NCBI GenBank assembly: GCA_051362555.1
Contig: CM120642.1
Location: 7,936,001 to 8,000,000 of the forward strand
DNA from: Lingula anatina
Lineage: Eukaryota > Animalia > Brachiopoda
Direction: 5' to 3'
Length of the DNA: 64,000 bases
Below, piece by piece: positions 12,189-25,863 of the stretch; within the stretch, counting starts at the first letter, position 1, and the number at the start of each line of letters is the position of its first letter. Both the position numbers and the translations under genes were made by a program. Under the pieces are notes generated by a model that was not told where the DNA came from, did not search any database, and worked only from the letters and a program-made list of their open reading frames with translations.

Positions 12189-14513
12189 TAAAAGCTGAAC
12201 TTAGGATATACATTTTTACATTGTGTTTTCTGGGGAAGTTTTAGCTGTGGCCTCTTTTTTTCAGTCATGTCTGGCATTGATTGCAGTGACATTGTCTATA
12301 GTAAATGGAAAACAAAATAACATAAACCATCAATGAATTAACTCATGTGTGATGTCCCAATTTCAATGTCTGAAGAAGCTTTGGTGGAGGAGGGAGGCAT
12401 TCAAAGGGCTTATTTTTCTAAGTCTACCTAAGAAAATTCAGTCAGTTTTTATTTAAAATATTTGTAAATATAAAATAAATAAAATATTCTTTTCTTTTGC
12501 TATGGACTGTTGTTTGTTTACATTGAGACAATAAACACATTGAGTACAGGAAATTTAGAAAATATATTTCCATGGTAACCATATATTGATTGGCACACAT
12601 TATAATATAAAACACCTTCATGGTATAAACACCAATGTTACACAACACGCAAATAAATCATAAATTGTCATGCCAACCCCCCCCCCCACCCCCTCCTCAA
12701 TTTTTGTTTTATCACCCTGGTTCTGTACCATACCGAAACTCTGTTGATTCAAATGAAATGTCCTGTAACATCGATCCAACTGTGGGGACTCTTGCTGAAT
12801 GCAATCAGATTAACATGCCTCTCGTTTCCAAAGCACGTGTAAAATCACTAGCTTTTCTGTAAATCTACTCAATATCAGGAATTGGAGCGATTTACATGGA
12901 ATGATAAGTGTTATTTGGAATGGGCCTAATAACTAAAGATAACTGGATTTTTCAATGCAAATAAATTGTCATCACTTTTTGTGGAATCTTTATTGCACAA
13001 ATGTGAATTAAATGTAAATGAATGCTGTTATGTTGAAATATGTCAGGGGAGGATGGAAATGGTTTAAGAATTAGAATATCTTTTATTACAAGTTATTAAT
13101 TTAGGTATGAACGAGTAGTAAGAAGTAACATCTTGCAGCTACTGTAACACCTGAACCTGATAAATTCTTAAAATATCACTAACTTTAATACCACCTCTGT
13201 CAATTTTCATGAAACTGGTTTAATTTTAATTTAACAATCATTTTAAATATAGCCTCTGCATTTCTGTGCTTATTTTCAAATGCCAAAAGAAAGACGTAGA
13301 TTCTTGCTAACTACTCTAATTCAACTGTCATGAATGAAAAATATCTATTGTTATGAAGTGTTAATATGGAAAATGATATGCATGCCTTAACAGGCTGGTC
13401 CCAATCAAACTATGCCTGTACAAAGTACATAAATGTTAACAAGTTGATTTATTCAGTACTGTAACTGCAGTGCTACACAGGTTGAACTCTCATTGTACAC
13501 TGTCTGTATAGTGACATGGTTCTTATGGCTGTTTTGGTAATTTTGATATAAATAAAATAATTAAATTATAGTGTGTCAAGAGACGCAAATTAAGAAATCA
13601 GTTCATTTCAATCAATTCCCCTCACTGCATTAGAGATAGCTTGGAAGTTTAGATTTCATCAACTTATGAAAACTTCATTTTTGACATGAGGTTCCCATGT
13701 ATACTTCATTTTATATGAAAAGCAAATATATTACAAGTGTATATACTTTTGAAATAGCACACGTATTAAAAAGTAAAGAGATTTTTTTTTTTCGAAATAA
13801 AGTTAGATTAAGCCTGAATAAAGAGGGATTGGGAAATAATTTTGCTTTGAAATGTCTATTTTTGGTAAAGGTTGAAATTGTAAGTTGAAGTGTTAACATG
13901 CAAAATTTGCAAGTTTTAAGTCTTTCCTGTGTGCAGGGGAAGTTAATTTCCTTGAACAGATGCCATTACATATTAGCCCTATTATCGGTTTTGTACAAGT
14001 TTTATTTTTGACACAACGAAGCCAACATCTGAAAGCATACAAATTTTCAAACATTTCTCACCAAATAAGACACACTGTGACAGTGGAAGTTCAATGGTGA
14101 TCAAATGACAATTTTTTCTAGATAAGACTCGTGTTCCAATTTGGTTTTAGTTTCCATTTATATATCAGACTGGCTTTTTATTAACACTTCAAAAATATGA
14201 GAATCCCAGTGTCAAATGTCTGGAGAACCAAATAAAAATGATTTAGGGCACTTGCATGAAGACTTTTACAATTCAGACACATTCTGCATTGTACTTATTC
14301 CAGTAATACTTGCACCAGGTGTGGGGTTTATTGTTACGTACAAGTTACAACTATTTTTTTCTGATCCTTCAAATGTGAGCCAAGAGTCTCAGTCTGTGAT
14401 ATATTTGGAAAGGAGATCAATTTTATATCTGTCTGATGGAATATCAGTTGACAGCTTAGTGGAAGATAAAAAGAAATGATTTGTCACCCAGTGTAGAATT
14501 AGATGACATGACA

Positions 14514-14546
14514 AACAAGGCAGCAAAGCTGTGAAATGTATAGACA
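14514..14546 (-). mobile_element. Isolated 3' end of the HINE-like family
   Basis: AACAAGGCAGCAAAGCTGTGAAATGTATAGACA is the reverse complement of the family 3' terminus with 2 mismatches. Confidence 0.6.
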
Positions 14547-15254
14547 TACAGCAGAATAAGATGACAAGACGGCATGAAGTTCAGCTTACAACAGGTTATA
14601 TTTGCAACATGACATGTGCATTATGTGAATAGAACTACTTAATATAAGCAATACGTGACTGGGTAAATGCAAATACTGACATCTTTACAGCAATCACAAA
14701 ATCATAAATTAAAATTGATGAAGAATTCCTTTTCCAATTATGGCATACTAATGCTTCTGTTTTCACATTAAAATATCAACTGAATCTTTAATTAATTGAA
14801 ACTCTTCTGTCCTACACATGATAATTATTCCTGGTCCTTTTAAGTGATTTTCCAGCATCCTATGGCTGAAAAAATCATCAGATCTATGCGATTCCGAAGA
14901 TAGAAAGTTACTGCTACCTTCTATCATGATACAGTGCAAAGGAAACAATTCTAAGGATGAAAAATATAAATACATAACCTTTACAAACCACAGACAAACT
15001 TGAACTGGAACTTTTCTTATTAGAAAAAAAAAAACAGTTTCTTAGTTTTCTACATGTAGACCAACCAAAAGTTGTGACAGCAAACTCAATTCAGAGCAGT
15101 TCAAGTATCAGTTTTGTTTTCCCCTGAAACAATTTGCATCAAAACCCAAATTCAGGCTTTATGGGGCTTAAAATTTGAAGCAATTTCAATTAATCTGAAA
15201 GGAGATTCTGCTTAACTGTTTTCTCTAAATCATGTGTTTACAATCAAGTTGATC

Positions 15255-15991
15255 TCAGTCTGTGTTGATCAACTCCCACTTGGAGCTGTACCCAGACCCC
15301 ACTGGGTCGCTATGGTTACTGTCACCATGGTTACTGTCATGAGCAAGAATAGGGCTTGTGGACAGATCCAAAGGAGTGTCCTGGCACTTGGTCTCATCCA
15401 CATCCTCATCTAACATCTCTGTATCAGTGGACAGGTTCTTAGGCGATTCAGATGTGTTGCTGTCGGTCGAGGACACCATACGATCTGTCTGAGTGGAGAT
15501 TGACTGAGTGACAGGTCCCGAGAGAGCGATGACCGCCGAGGAGAGCAATGGGTTGGACGCTAAGGTGGACAAAGGTAACATACTGCTTTGGATGGAGATA
15601 ACATGATGGGCAGGCAGAGAAGCGGTGGGATTCAGAAGCCCATTTCCACCTCCACCCCCATAACTCACAGGCAAGCCTGCTGCTGGATGATGGGGGAACA
15701 CTGTTGGCAGTAACATGGACTGATGGTTATCCATCATTTTTGGCATTGGGTGATGAGGGGGGATATTTGAAGTATGGTGATTGTTAACAATGTCTCCACC
15801 TCGGAAATAGTGGGAGTTTGTTTTAATGTGCTTCCTCAGGGAGCTTGGGTCAGTGTAACGTTTGTTGCAGCTGGGATATTTACAATAGTATGGTTTGTCT
15901 TCCTGGTGGGTTCGCACATGTTTGAAACGGTCACTTGAGTTGGAATACGCCTTGTTGCAGCCTTCAACTGGGCATATGTAAGGCTTCTCAC
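15255..15991 (-). CDS. GLIS2: GLIS2 zinc-finger transcription factor, last exon (ZF4, ZF5, C-terminus)
   Basis: [29 protein letters not shown]...[10 protein letters not shown]; [10 protein letters not shown] is GLIS2/sugarbabe-type; acceptor tttatccag. Confidence 0.95.
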
Positions 15992-16016
15992 CTGGATAAA
16001 ATAGAGCATTTAAATT

Positions 16017-16166
16017 AAATTTCAAAGAATGAAGTTTAACCCATAAAATAATAACTTTACAGCTACAGAAACTATAGTCTCAACTCAAATTTCAAAGAAA
16101 GAAGTATAACACATTAAATAATAACTTAACAGCTACAGAAACTATAGTCTCAACTCAAATTTCAAA
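16017..16166. repeat. 70-bp tandem repeat (~2.1 copies) in a GLIS2 intron
   Basis: TTCAAA at 16021, 16091, 16161 with near-identical intervening sequence. Confidence 0.85.
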
Positions 16167-16214
16167 TAATAAACCCATACAATATATTATAAAAACTTTG
16201 CACAATTTGTCCTA

Positions 16215-16376
<162 letters not shown>

Positions 16377-16588
16377 TTAATGCAGCAAAACTGTCAACTG
16401 TGCAGACATCATCTGTTGAACAAGATAAAACACAAGTTACAAACACAAACAAGATTTGTCACAATAATCTAATGGACTTTTAGAGAAGGGACACTCTTGT
16501 GACAATAATCTGAGTTTTAGAGAAAGGTTACTCTTGTGACAATTATCATATGGACCTTGAGTGAAAATGTCATGGTAATTTTAAATAC

Positions 16589-16708
16589 CTGGCATTGAAG
16601 CCTTTTCCCTTCCTTGGGCATCCTTCCCATCGACACTTGTAGTCATTATCTGTATCCCTGTCAGCTCTAACATGATCATCATTAACATGATTAACTAACT
16701 CGTCCAAC
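16589..16708 (-). CDS. GLIS2: GLIS2 exon (ZF1 end, ZF2)
   Basis: (R)LDELVNHVNDDHVRADRDTDNDYKCRWEGCPRKGKGFNA(R); 120 nt, cag/gtattt. Confidence 0.95.
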
Positions 16709-17025
16709 CTGGTAAAAATATACATTTAATCATGATCATATGTATATCTTAATATTCTTCATTCAAGAAAAAGATTCTCATAACAAGTGCTATATTCATT
16801 GAGTTCCTAGGCTTTCCCAACTTTTTTCTTTGAAAACTTTGTATCTAATCATCTTTCCTCAAATTGCTTTTCCTTGGGGGAAAAAACTTGTTCATTACTG
16901 ATCAGTTAGTTTGCCCTGGCAAAGTTCAAACTTGCATGTAGTTAAACAACAAGTCTATCATATCTTTTTCAAATTACAAACCCATTTGAGAGCCAAATGA
17001 CCAAACATAACACACAAATTCTCAC

Positions 17026-17177
17026 CTGTCTACATTTTTCTTGCACCCTGCCCAGCGGCATTCATGGGGTTCTTCTTGTAGGCTAGCCCTGCTGTCTGGC
17101 AACACAGAGGGAGGTGGATAGAACAGCTTCAGGCACACAGGTTGCATAGGATTGTGAGAGGACTGCACCCCTGGAAG
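17026..17177 (-). CDS. GLIS2: GLIS2 exon (start of ZF1)
   Basis: LPGVQSSHNPMQ...EEPHECRWAGCKKNVD(R); 152 nt, tttatag/gtgag; CxWxxC of ZF1. Confidence 0.9.
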
Positions 17178-17817
17178 CTATAAATATAAAAAAAAATTAT
17201 AGCAATTAATTAACTGCAGGTGGTTGTAGACAGAACAGCAGCAATTATGGGCCATTCGTGGTATTTTTTTGCTGTTTTGGAAGGACACTTAAAATGAAAA
17301 TATCTAAAAAAGAAAAAAAAAGTTGGAAGGCCCATTTTTTATTCCTCTATATGCAAGTTATATTTAGGCAAAAATTTATGATTAAAAAGATAATAGTTGA
17401 AGAAAAATAGTTATAATTAGTGAGCATCTTGGAAGGACATGAAATGGACATGGAATTTATTTTTAACTTTGTCAGGTGCATACTATAAATACGTTTTTGT
17501 TATCTCGCACCACCAGAGGTTCTTCATTACTGGAGGCTTTTATGTCAAATTTGCTTTTTCAAAAAAATCTTAAAAATATAATGAATGTAAAAATGATGAG
17601 GAACACAATAAATGACGAAAAGCACTGAACATAAAATTACATTTCTGAAGTTGCAGAGATTTAAAAAAGATGTAAAATAAAATAAAAAAGTTTGACAAAA
17701 TAATTAAAAAAAGCACTACCCCTTATTCCCCAGATTTTTCACCAGTTACACTTGTTTGCATAACATTAAATATAAAACTGAATGAAAAATGTGTGAAATC
17801 AAATGTACTGAACTTAC

Positions 17818-18377
17818 ATGCATGATTGTTTCTTCAGCTCTGTTCCCCAAGTGGGAACGTAAGATTGTTGGATGTGTCCTAAGCATGCTGGGTAACACTG
17901 ATGTCGATCCTTCTATTACAGCTGAACTCTGAATCAAATTTATTTTCACAGAATTCTCCCCTGTAGCTGATTCAGTAGTCACTATCAAAGTCTGGTCCCT
18001 TTCTGATGAAGTTACAGTATTTCTTGCAGTTTTAATGTTACTATTAACAACGTTAATACCTGTGGGCGTGCTTATCACATGATCGTCATTTGCACACAGC
18101 CCATTTCCCTCATCAGAACCTTCTCTACCAGGAGGGGGGTTGAGATTATCACTTTGGCAATTAACGGGGCATTGTTCATGTATTGTAACAGTCATAGGAA
18201 TTAACAGTTCTGACCCAGCTTCATTATTTTGTCCGCTTTGGTCTGTAGGAGTGGCTCTGTGAGAGTTATTTCTGATGGTATTGGGGTTGGTGATGATTAC
18301 TTGATGGTGACGTGAAGCATCAAAAGTCACACCTGCACTTGACAAAGATGTGTGTTCCAAAGAATCTAAATGGCTAC
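17818..18377 (-). CDS. GLIS2: GLIS2 N-terminal low-complexity exon
   Basis: 560-nt open exon GSHLDSLEH...EETIMH inside ORF 17746..18405; ttttcag/gtaagt; phases 1 and 0 fit both neighbours. Confidence 0.85.
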
Positions 18378-19258
18378 CTGAAAAAAAATTTTTTAAAGTT
18401 AACAATATTAATGAAAATAAGAATTAAAATATCAATCATAAAACTAAACAAACCAGACACCAAAGATGTCACATATACAGACATTAAAAATAGATTTAAA
18501 GATTCTGAGGCAAGTTTAATGACACCTAGACAAACTGTCTTAACAAGAGTTTTAAATCATGCACAATCCAGAAGTCATGTGAGAACACAGTTTGCAGCCG
18601 GGATGGCCTAATTGTTACAATTATGGCTAGTGTTAGGAATGATGGTTGGTTAGTCTGACAAAAACACTGTTGCAGGAAAAAATTCCTAATGTATTAATAT
18701 TTTGTGGGAAAATTGTATCTACTGTGCCTTTTAAGTAATTTTTGTAAAAATTACGATATGGCATCAACACTGACATGGATAGACACAGTAATCTGAATAT
18801 TTAAAGATGCATTTCAAGTCAAATTTTTGCCACAACAGCTTACTTTCTGTGCTGTATATAACTCAAGCAGCTAAGTAGGTCAATTTACAACCAAAAATTT
18901 GAAGAAGTTGAATTATTAAAGCTATATTATGGTTGATCAATTGATAAAATTAGTTTATCCCTTGGCATGTTGACTTTATACGAGTTGTATAAGAAACTGG
19001 TAGAAGTGGTTTATATGCGTTACTGGGAAACCAACTTATATACATGCAGTGTCTGTAAAAACAATGCTAATTCTGAGGTCATTATCTTGTACAATGTTCT
19101 ATTCTTGACAATTAAAAAATTGATATTTTATTCCTGTGTAAATTTTTCCAATTTACAATACTGAAACAATTAATTTGGCAACTGATTTCTTGGAAACTTG
19201 AGCCTCCACTTCCTCATCACTGTTTTACTTGGCTTCTTACTAATTTCCTCTTTAGCAA

Positions 19259-19590
19259 TTAATAAGAGAAACAGGGGTTATCAACCCAACATTGACGTCA
19301 TTGGTGTTTTAAAAAGCATGCTATGTGATAGATACAATACGAGTCGCCGAGCTGTACGTGAAATATTACGAGTGTATTGGCGAGCCGCAGGCGAGACAAT
19401 ACACGAGTAATTTTCACGTACAGCTCGGCGACGAGTGTTGTATCTGGCTTAAACCACGGCCTCTTATTGGCTACTACACTAGTAGTGCAACAGACCGTGG
19501 AACGCACTCGTACATGACGTGCTTGTATGTCGCATACAGCACGGCCGAGTCTTTTGTTCTACGCGCTAGCCGTGGTTTAAGCTATAATAT
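19259..19590. mobile_element. CpG-rich non-autonomous palindromic element (resembles elements often labelled Crypton; family uncertain)
   Basis: 116-nt hairpin 19330-19445; 14-bp IR GCTTAAACCACGGC 19447-19460 / 19569-19582; AATAAGAG at 19261 pairs with CTCTTATT at ~19461. Confidence 0.65.
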
Positions 19591-22500
19591 GCATTACAAT
19601 GGATCCTGATCTACACTTGCACCAGTGATGGCAATTTACAGTTCATAACCACAGCTTCTTTTTTTAACCACTAAAGTGTTCAAAATGCACACATACACAA
19701 AAAAGCAAATGACTAAAAATTGCCATTTTATTTATTTTAGGCCCTTTAGATATGGAAGATCAGGAGTATCACTGGTTGATATAATCTTCTGAAATGCACA
19801 TTTTGTACCTTTTGTCTACTGTAATTTCAGTGAAGCCACCAGTGCTCTCAATTCACAGCAAGAAAAAAGATAAAAAATCTTTAAATAATGGTAATTGTAA
19901 CTCTTAGACAGTACTTCAACCAATTCAACCATGATAATCAAAATAATTTTAGTTATCCTCCTAACAACTTTATCCATCACTTAGCTGACTTAACTTGATA
20001 AATGGTTTAGAACCTAGAACAAATTTGGAATCAGAGCAGACTTTTCAGGCAAAAGGATGGTTCTTTTAAAGCACCCCCCCCTTATATGCCTGCTAATTAA
20101 GAGCAGTTTTATATAAAGCATCTTCTTTCAAGAAGGTAGGGTCATTCTGAAATTAATATCCTGTCAATTTAAATTTTTTTCAACACTAAATTTAAACCAA
20201 GTACGCTGCTTTCCTTCATATTTAAATATAAGAGGGGGGGGGGGGGGGGGCAAAGTATACTAAATTTTTTGTGTAAAAATTTAGACCTATTATCTATTGT
20301 GAAACAGGCCCAAGTACCTCACATCTAGCTTCCAGGTTCTTCACCCCAGTTGTAGACTTTGCAATGATAAATCAAGCTCCATACACAAATCAATATAACC
20401 CTTTCAGGCAGAGAAAAAATGGTCATTTTTCTATTTGCCTCATATTCATCATTCTCTCAAATTAATTTCGGGAAAAAATATGTATGTTATCAGAACCCCC
20501 TGGGATGTTTCTCATTTGATGATTTCTTTTACTGTGATGTGTGTGGCACTGCTTACCCATATACATGTCAAGGGCCCTGTGACTAACTGTGGACTACTCC
20601 TAGTTAGGATAATTATGACATTAGTATTTGTTAGTCATTGTCCTCCCATGAAAACAGCCCTCAGAGGAGGCAGTGGGGGAATATCTATCAACAGGCCAAA
20701 GCATTGAGCTGTTTACAACATTCCTACCCATTGGAGTGAAGAAAATACAATGGCACTACAAGACCGATCAGCCGTCCTGGGGGGCAACTTAATGGAGTAC
20801 AATTAAGCACACTCTTTTAATGATCGATAGCATTTTAGGGCCCTTAACCATCCGAGTGTGTGATTGGCGGCTAGTAGTGCTTACTTTTAGAACTAGGAGG
20901 TTAGACCTTGGAGTTAATAGTTAAGTGAGATCGATTGAAGAAAAAGTTGTTTTTGCTTTGCGTTCAAAAACATTTTTCGAATACAAAGATACATTACCTT
21001 TTCTTGTTGTTTACGACTACTAATTTTTTTTCATTTCACTCGGGCATTGTGCTCGACACAACCTTTGTCTTTTTGTTCCTCCCATTTCCTGCCCCTCCCA
21101 TTACCCACACTCACATCTCTATAATAGAATTACTTAACCTTATCTAAGATCCATAGATATATGATTGAAACTGAATACAGTAGTCAAAACATGATGAAAA
21201 TCAACCCAAGTTCACAACATTATTTGAAGGCATAATTCAATTATCTATGAAGTCAGTAATTTGAAATAACAATCTGAATAGCATTTGATGAAGTAACCCA
21301 CTTGACTTTAACATATAAATTATTCACTAAGTCAACCTCCCACACTAGAACTGTGTAAAAAATAAATTCATTGTTATTTAGCGTAATTAACATGATCAAA
21401 AGTAGGGTGAAGGTCATTTGAAAAAAAAAATCCAGAATTTTTCTGTACTTTCCACTAAGCTTATATATATATATAATTACATTTATATTTGTCTTTTAAA
21501 GCAGCATGTGTTTTTTTTTTTAATTTTGCCCAAACTCCTTGAGAAACATTCTTTTTCATGTCATACATAACTGAACAATAATCTTGCATCACCCAATTCA
21601 AAAGGATCTATCACATTTGAATCCAATGCTGCAAAAAGACAAGAGGCAAAATTTGATCCAGGCAACCTAGTAAACATTTTATTCTATTGACATAACACCC
21701 ATATATCATAACCATTATCTATAGACTATAACCAGTATTTTTTATCACTACCCATTCTGACAGTTAGTTAGAAAGACATGTCTCTCTTACTCCCACCCTC
21801 CTGATTTGCCTTTTTTTTTTTTTTTTGGATGAAGAAAATTTGTCAATGAAGGAGTCCTTTTTGGACTGGCTTGTAAAGCACTATAATCTAACAGCAGTTT
21901 GTTTGGGTCAAAACATCATTTTAAGTTTTTACCAGGCTACCTACTTCTAAAAAATTAATTTTAACTTGTAAAGTTGTACAATAAGACAGGAAAACAGGGA
22001 CTCAAATATTTCTTTAAAGGCATGATTCAGATTTTATCAATAAAAATATACTGTTCCTATTATCCTTTTATTTAAAAATTTTCTGTTAAATGGATCTCGT
22101 ATCTTCTGAACAAAAGCCACTGTAAACAGAGTAGTAGTGTTCTTCATTTGGTTCAACAAGTAGTACATAAGCATTTTGAAATGGAAACAATTTTCACCTA
22201 GTCCCCCAGTTTGCTACATGAGTGGTGCCAAATTGCACATTTGCTTAAATTTGACAAACTGGAAAATTAACATGATCATAAATAAGCTTAACTAGAAAGC
22301 TAATTTCTTTTTTCGTTTACAGAAAATGTAAAAAATTCAGCATTTTGACTATGAATTCTATGACCTCCCCACTTAAATTTTGCCCTTAGTTTTCAATCAA
22401 AGAACAATTCTTTGAACAACAAATATGGCAAAAAACAAAGAAAATGTTAATTTATTATTAGAAGATTCTGTATAAAAATATCAACATTCGTGTGTGGTAA

Positions 22501-23863
22501 CTAAAATACATCAATGACATTAAACCAAGCAGGTAGTTTTAGAATTTTGAATGATTAAATATAGCACATACAATAAAAAAAATGTATATCAAAATTAGCA
22601 TACACATAAGAACTTAAGAACACTAAAGATAATTTTTACACTGCCTAGCAAATGAGATATCACACTGATTACAATACAAATTATCATATAAATAGCAAAA
22701 CAATCAATCATTAGTTAGAAGAAAGGTCAAATAGTGATAAGTATCTTTACACATCATTCTCCTCTGCACTAAACAAAGTGCACCCTGAAGGCAGAAAAAA
22801 AAACTACAAAGATTGTATACTCTAGCATATTCCAAATATTTGTCATTCATCTCATGCTGCACTCTGACTACTCTCAGTTATCACGACATATGACATTTTG
22901 ATGATAAAATACACACAAAATTAATCCAATTAAAGTGAACAAAATATAAACATCTCACCTTGGAGTGAAGAGTGTCAGGTGGTCAGTAGAGTTCCACTCT
23001 GGACTGACTGACTGACATTAAATGAAGGTGCCGGGCAATGTTAAAGCTGAAAACTAGGGGGTCTAGCTTACTTCAAGGAGGGTCGAAACAGTGGTCAGGT
23101 TTTTCTTGGGGAGAAGCTGGGATAAACCATAGTCTTAAATACCAACACTGGAGATTGTCTCAAATACTATAGATTGAAGCTTAAAAAATCAACCCTGGCG
23201 GTTGACACTGCAATAACTTATGGATCAGTGCAGTGGTACATCATAAAATGAATCAGACAACGGTAAAAGATGAACAGTATTAATGCATGCAAAATAAAAA
23301 AGGTAAAATAAAGCATAGAACTGCAATGCCCCCTGCAAAGGACTGGCATCGCTCATTTGGTGATATTATGAATGGTTTATTAAACTATGTGCTGGAATGG
23401 TACACAATTGGACAAAGGACCCGTCTCTATATTTAGATGAGAAATTAGTCCGTGGGGGACTTTTTAGCATTTTTTTTCAACTGAGGGCTCATTCATCCTC
23501 AAATCCCTTCTTTTCTTGGGTTCAAACAGTGGAACTTTGATGTAAGAATCATTTCAAGCAAAATAAATTAATGAGAAGTTTACTAAGTATCACTTTAGAA
23601 CTGTCTATTCACTGACGGAAAGGGGTATATACATACACCCACAGAAAATTTCACAGGCGCCATAATTTTCAAAGACGCTGCAAAATTTGATGAAGTGATT
23701 GTCCATCTTCCATATGATAACATATAAAGGATGCTTAATACGAACAAATCAACATTGCATGTTGTGACATCAGTACCTGAAAATCCACCCCCCCCTTTTA
23801 CACCCTCAGTCCAAACCAGTGCCTTTCGATCCTACATGGGTATCCCAGTGATGATGCTTAGCC

Positions 23864-24106
23864 ATGTTCACATTAAAAGTTATCGGTCCAGCAGGATCGA
23901 TCTTTCTTTGCGGGGATTTTCGCTTAAAGGCACTCACTGTAATCAACTTAATTGTCTGGCTCACTCTATCCAGAAGCTAAGTATCTTTCATAGCTACTTT
24001 AGGGGGCAGACCAGACAATTAAGCTGATTACATTGATTGTAATTAAGTGAGAATCCCTGCAGAGATAGATCGATCCTGCTGGACTGATAACTTTAAATCT
24101 GAACAT
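23864..24106. mobile_element. Foldback/MITE element
   Basis: Arms ATGTTCACATTAAAAGTTATCGGTCCAGCAGGATCGATCT / AGATCGATCCTGCTGGACTGATAACTTTAAATCTGAACAT. Confidence 0.75.
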
Positions 24107-25704
24107 AACCTACATGTAGCTTAGTCATGGGGTCTACAGCCATGTTCACACAAGAACTTTTTTACATCACAAATAGGTTGAATTTGTGCCATTATATGTG
24201 CATGTTACAGAGTCTGAGACAATAGAGCTTCATTGTCATATGGCTATCTGATAACACAAGTTGATCCGTTTTGTGGTCAGGTGTGGTCTTGTCTGAACAG
24301 GCCTTATAAGTTAAAGAGAATTATTTGATAACATGCCATGACAGAATGCAATCAACACCCAATGTACTGTGTCACTTCATTCTGTCTGACTTATGACTTG
24401 TTATTGTATTGTTCACAATAATACAACCAAAATGTGTTAATTGCAAGGATTACAATAACCAGTGACTCCTTAATTATTGTAGCTATATATATTTAACGTT
24501 GCCAAAGCAATGACTGTTAGCCCTGTTACATCATCCCTGGAGTGAAAAGCCCTCCCCACTGTTCAGTAAGAGAGACCATTGCTGTGCTGTTGACTTTTTG
24601 ACTGCTATGATGTCAACTATGCTGGGACCTGAACTGTTCACCCTTATTTCCAGGATCATTCTCACTGTGAACACAGCCTCAGACCCATGCAGACATCCCT
24701 GTCAACCTGGGAGAGTTGAGAAATAATGACTTTACTGGGGGTCTGTACTAACACTATTCCTAGCCAGTCTCAATGGAGTTATAATTAAATGTGGTCTAAA
24801 CAAATACAATACTGTGTCACTCTCTGCAGGGGGGCAATAGAGAAGTGGCTGATCAGGGGAGATCTTGGGGGAGGATGGGAGGGAAAATCAATAAAATTAC
24901 TATAAACCAAGCTCTTGTGCTATCAAAGGGATGATGTAACAGGGCTTTTAGGCCGCAAAGTGAATACAGCACTGGGGGTATAGCTAATACTGACGTGTGT
25001 GCATGCTTTCGCACGGGGAGAAATTGCATGTGGGGGACTGACGGCACGACAACAAAGACTCAATGGGTTTACTGTAGGTATAGAAGTCAAAAGAAACACC
25101 TGCATTTAAGGGTGTAGACAAAAAAAGGGGCCTGGCAAATTTAATGACCTCTGTGGAAATAAATGTATTCACAAATCTTTAAAAAGAAGAGAACAAAAGC
25201 CACTCCTGGTTTTGTTACTACAATTCCCTACATCAGAAAAAAATGCATACATCTAAATGAATCTTATTTGTTTTGAAATTCCAATGGTGAAAAAGTCTGC
25301 TTATTTTGGCAAGTGAAACCCATATATAAACATTAAAACATACCTACACAATCACTAACACCCTAAAATACCTCATAAATGTCTTAAGTTGACCGTTAAA
25401 TTCACAGTAATTGACAGAATATTCTACTTACTTTCATGACTTCATTCTTGAAATTGAACATGTAGTTTATGTGTTTCACAAGTCAAATGGGATATTTGCC
25501 TACTGTTTTTAAAATTTCTAAAATTAAGTGAAATTCTTTGAAATCACACTCTGATACTTTTTCTTCAAACAAGTTTTTTTGTGAATAAATAAATAAATAA
25601 ACAAAAAAAAATTAAGGGATATTTAAGATAAAGTTTATCAGCTCATTCTTCATGATATAAGGTAGGAGGGCACATAGGAACATGTCTACTATCCAAGACC
25701 ACCA

Positions 25705-25863
25705 CAGGGGTAGATCCAGAGATTTTTTGTGACAGTCTTCCAAGTTATCTTTGTTGACCCATCCTCCATTTTTGACCGTTTTTCCAACAGAAAAAATTAG
25801 ATACCCGTCAGTGTAAACTTGATAATCTGACCGTCTTCCAGAAGACCACCTCAATCCACCCTT
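25705..25863 (-). mobile_element. MITE copy (family of 2773-2938)
   Basis: Reverse-complement similarity across the length; flanks CCACCA/TCACCA. Confidence 0.7.

Noticed and set aside
22959-23046. Exon-like segment on the minus strand in the long GLIS2 intron (tttcag ... AAG|gtgaga)
   Set aside because: Has stops in the required phase; could be a poison exon but there is no support beyond splice-like motifs.
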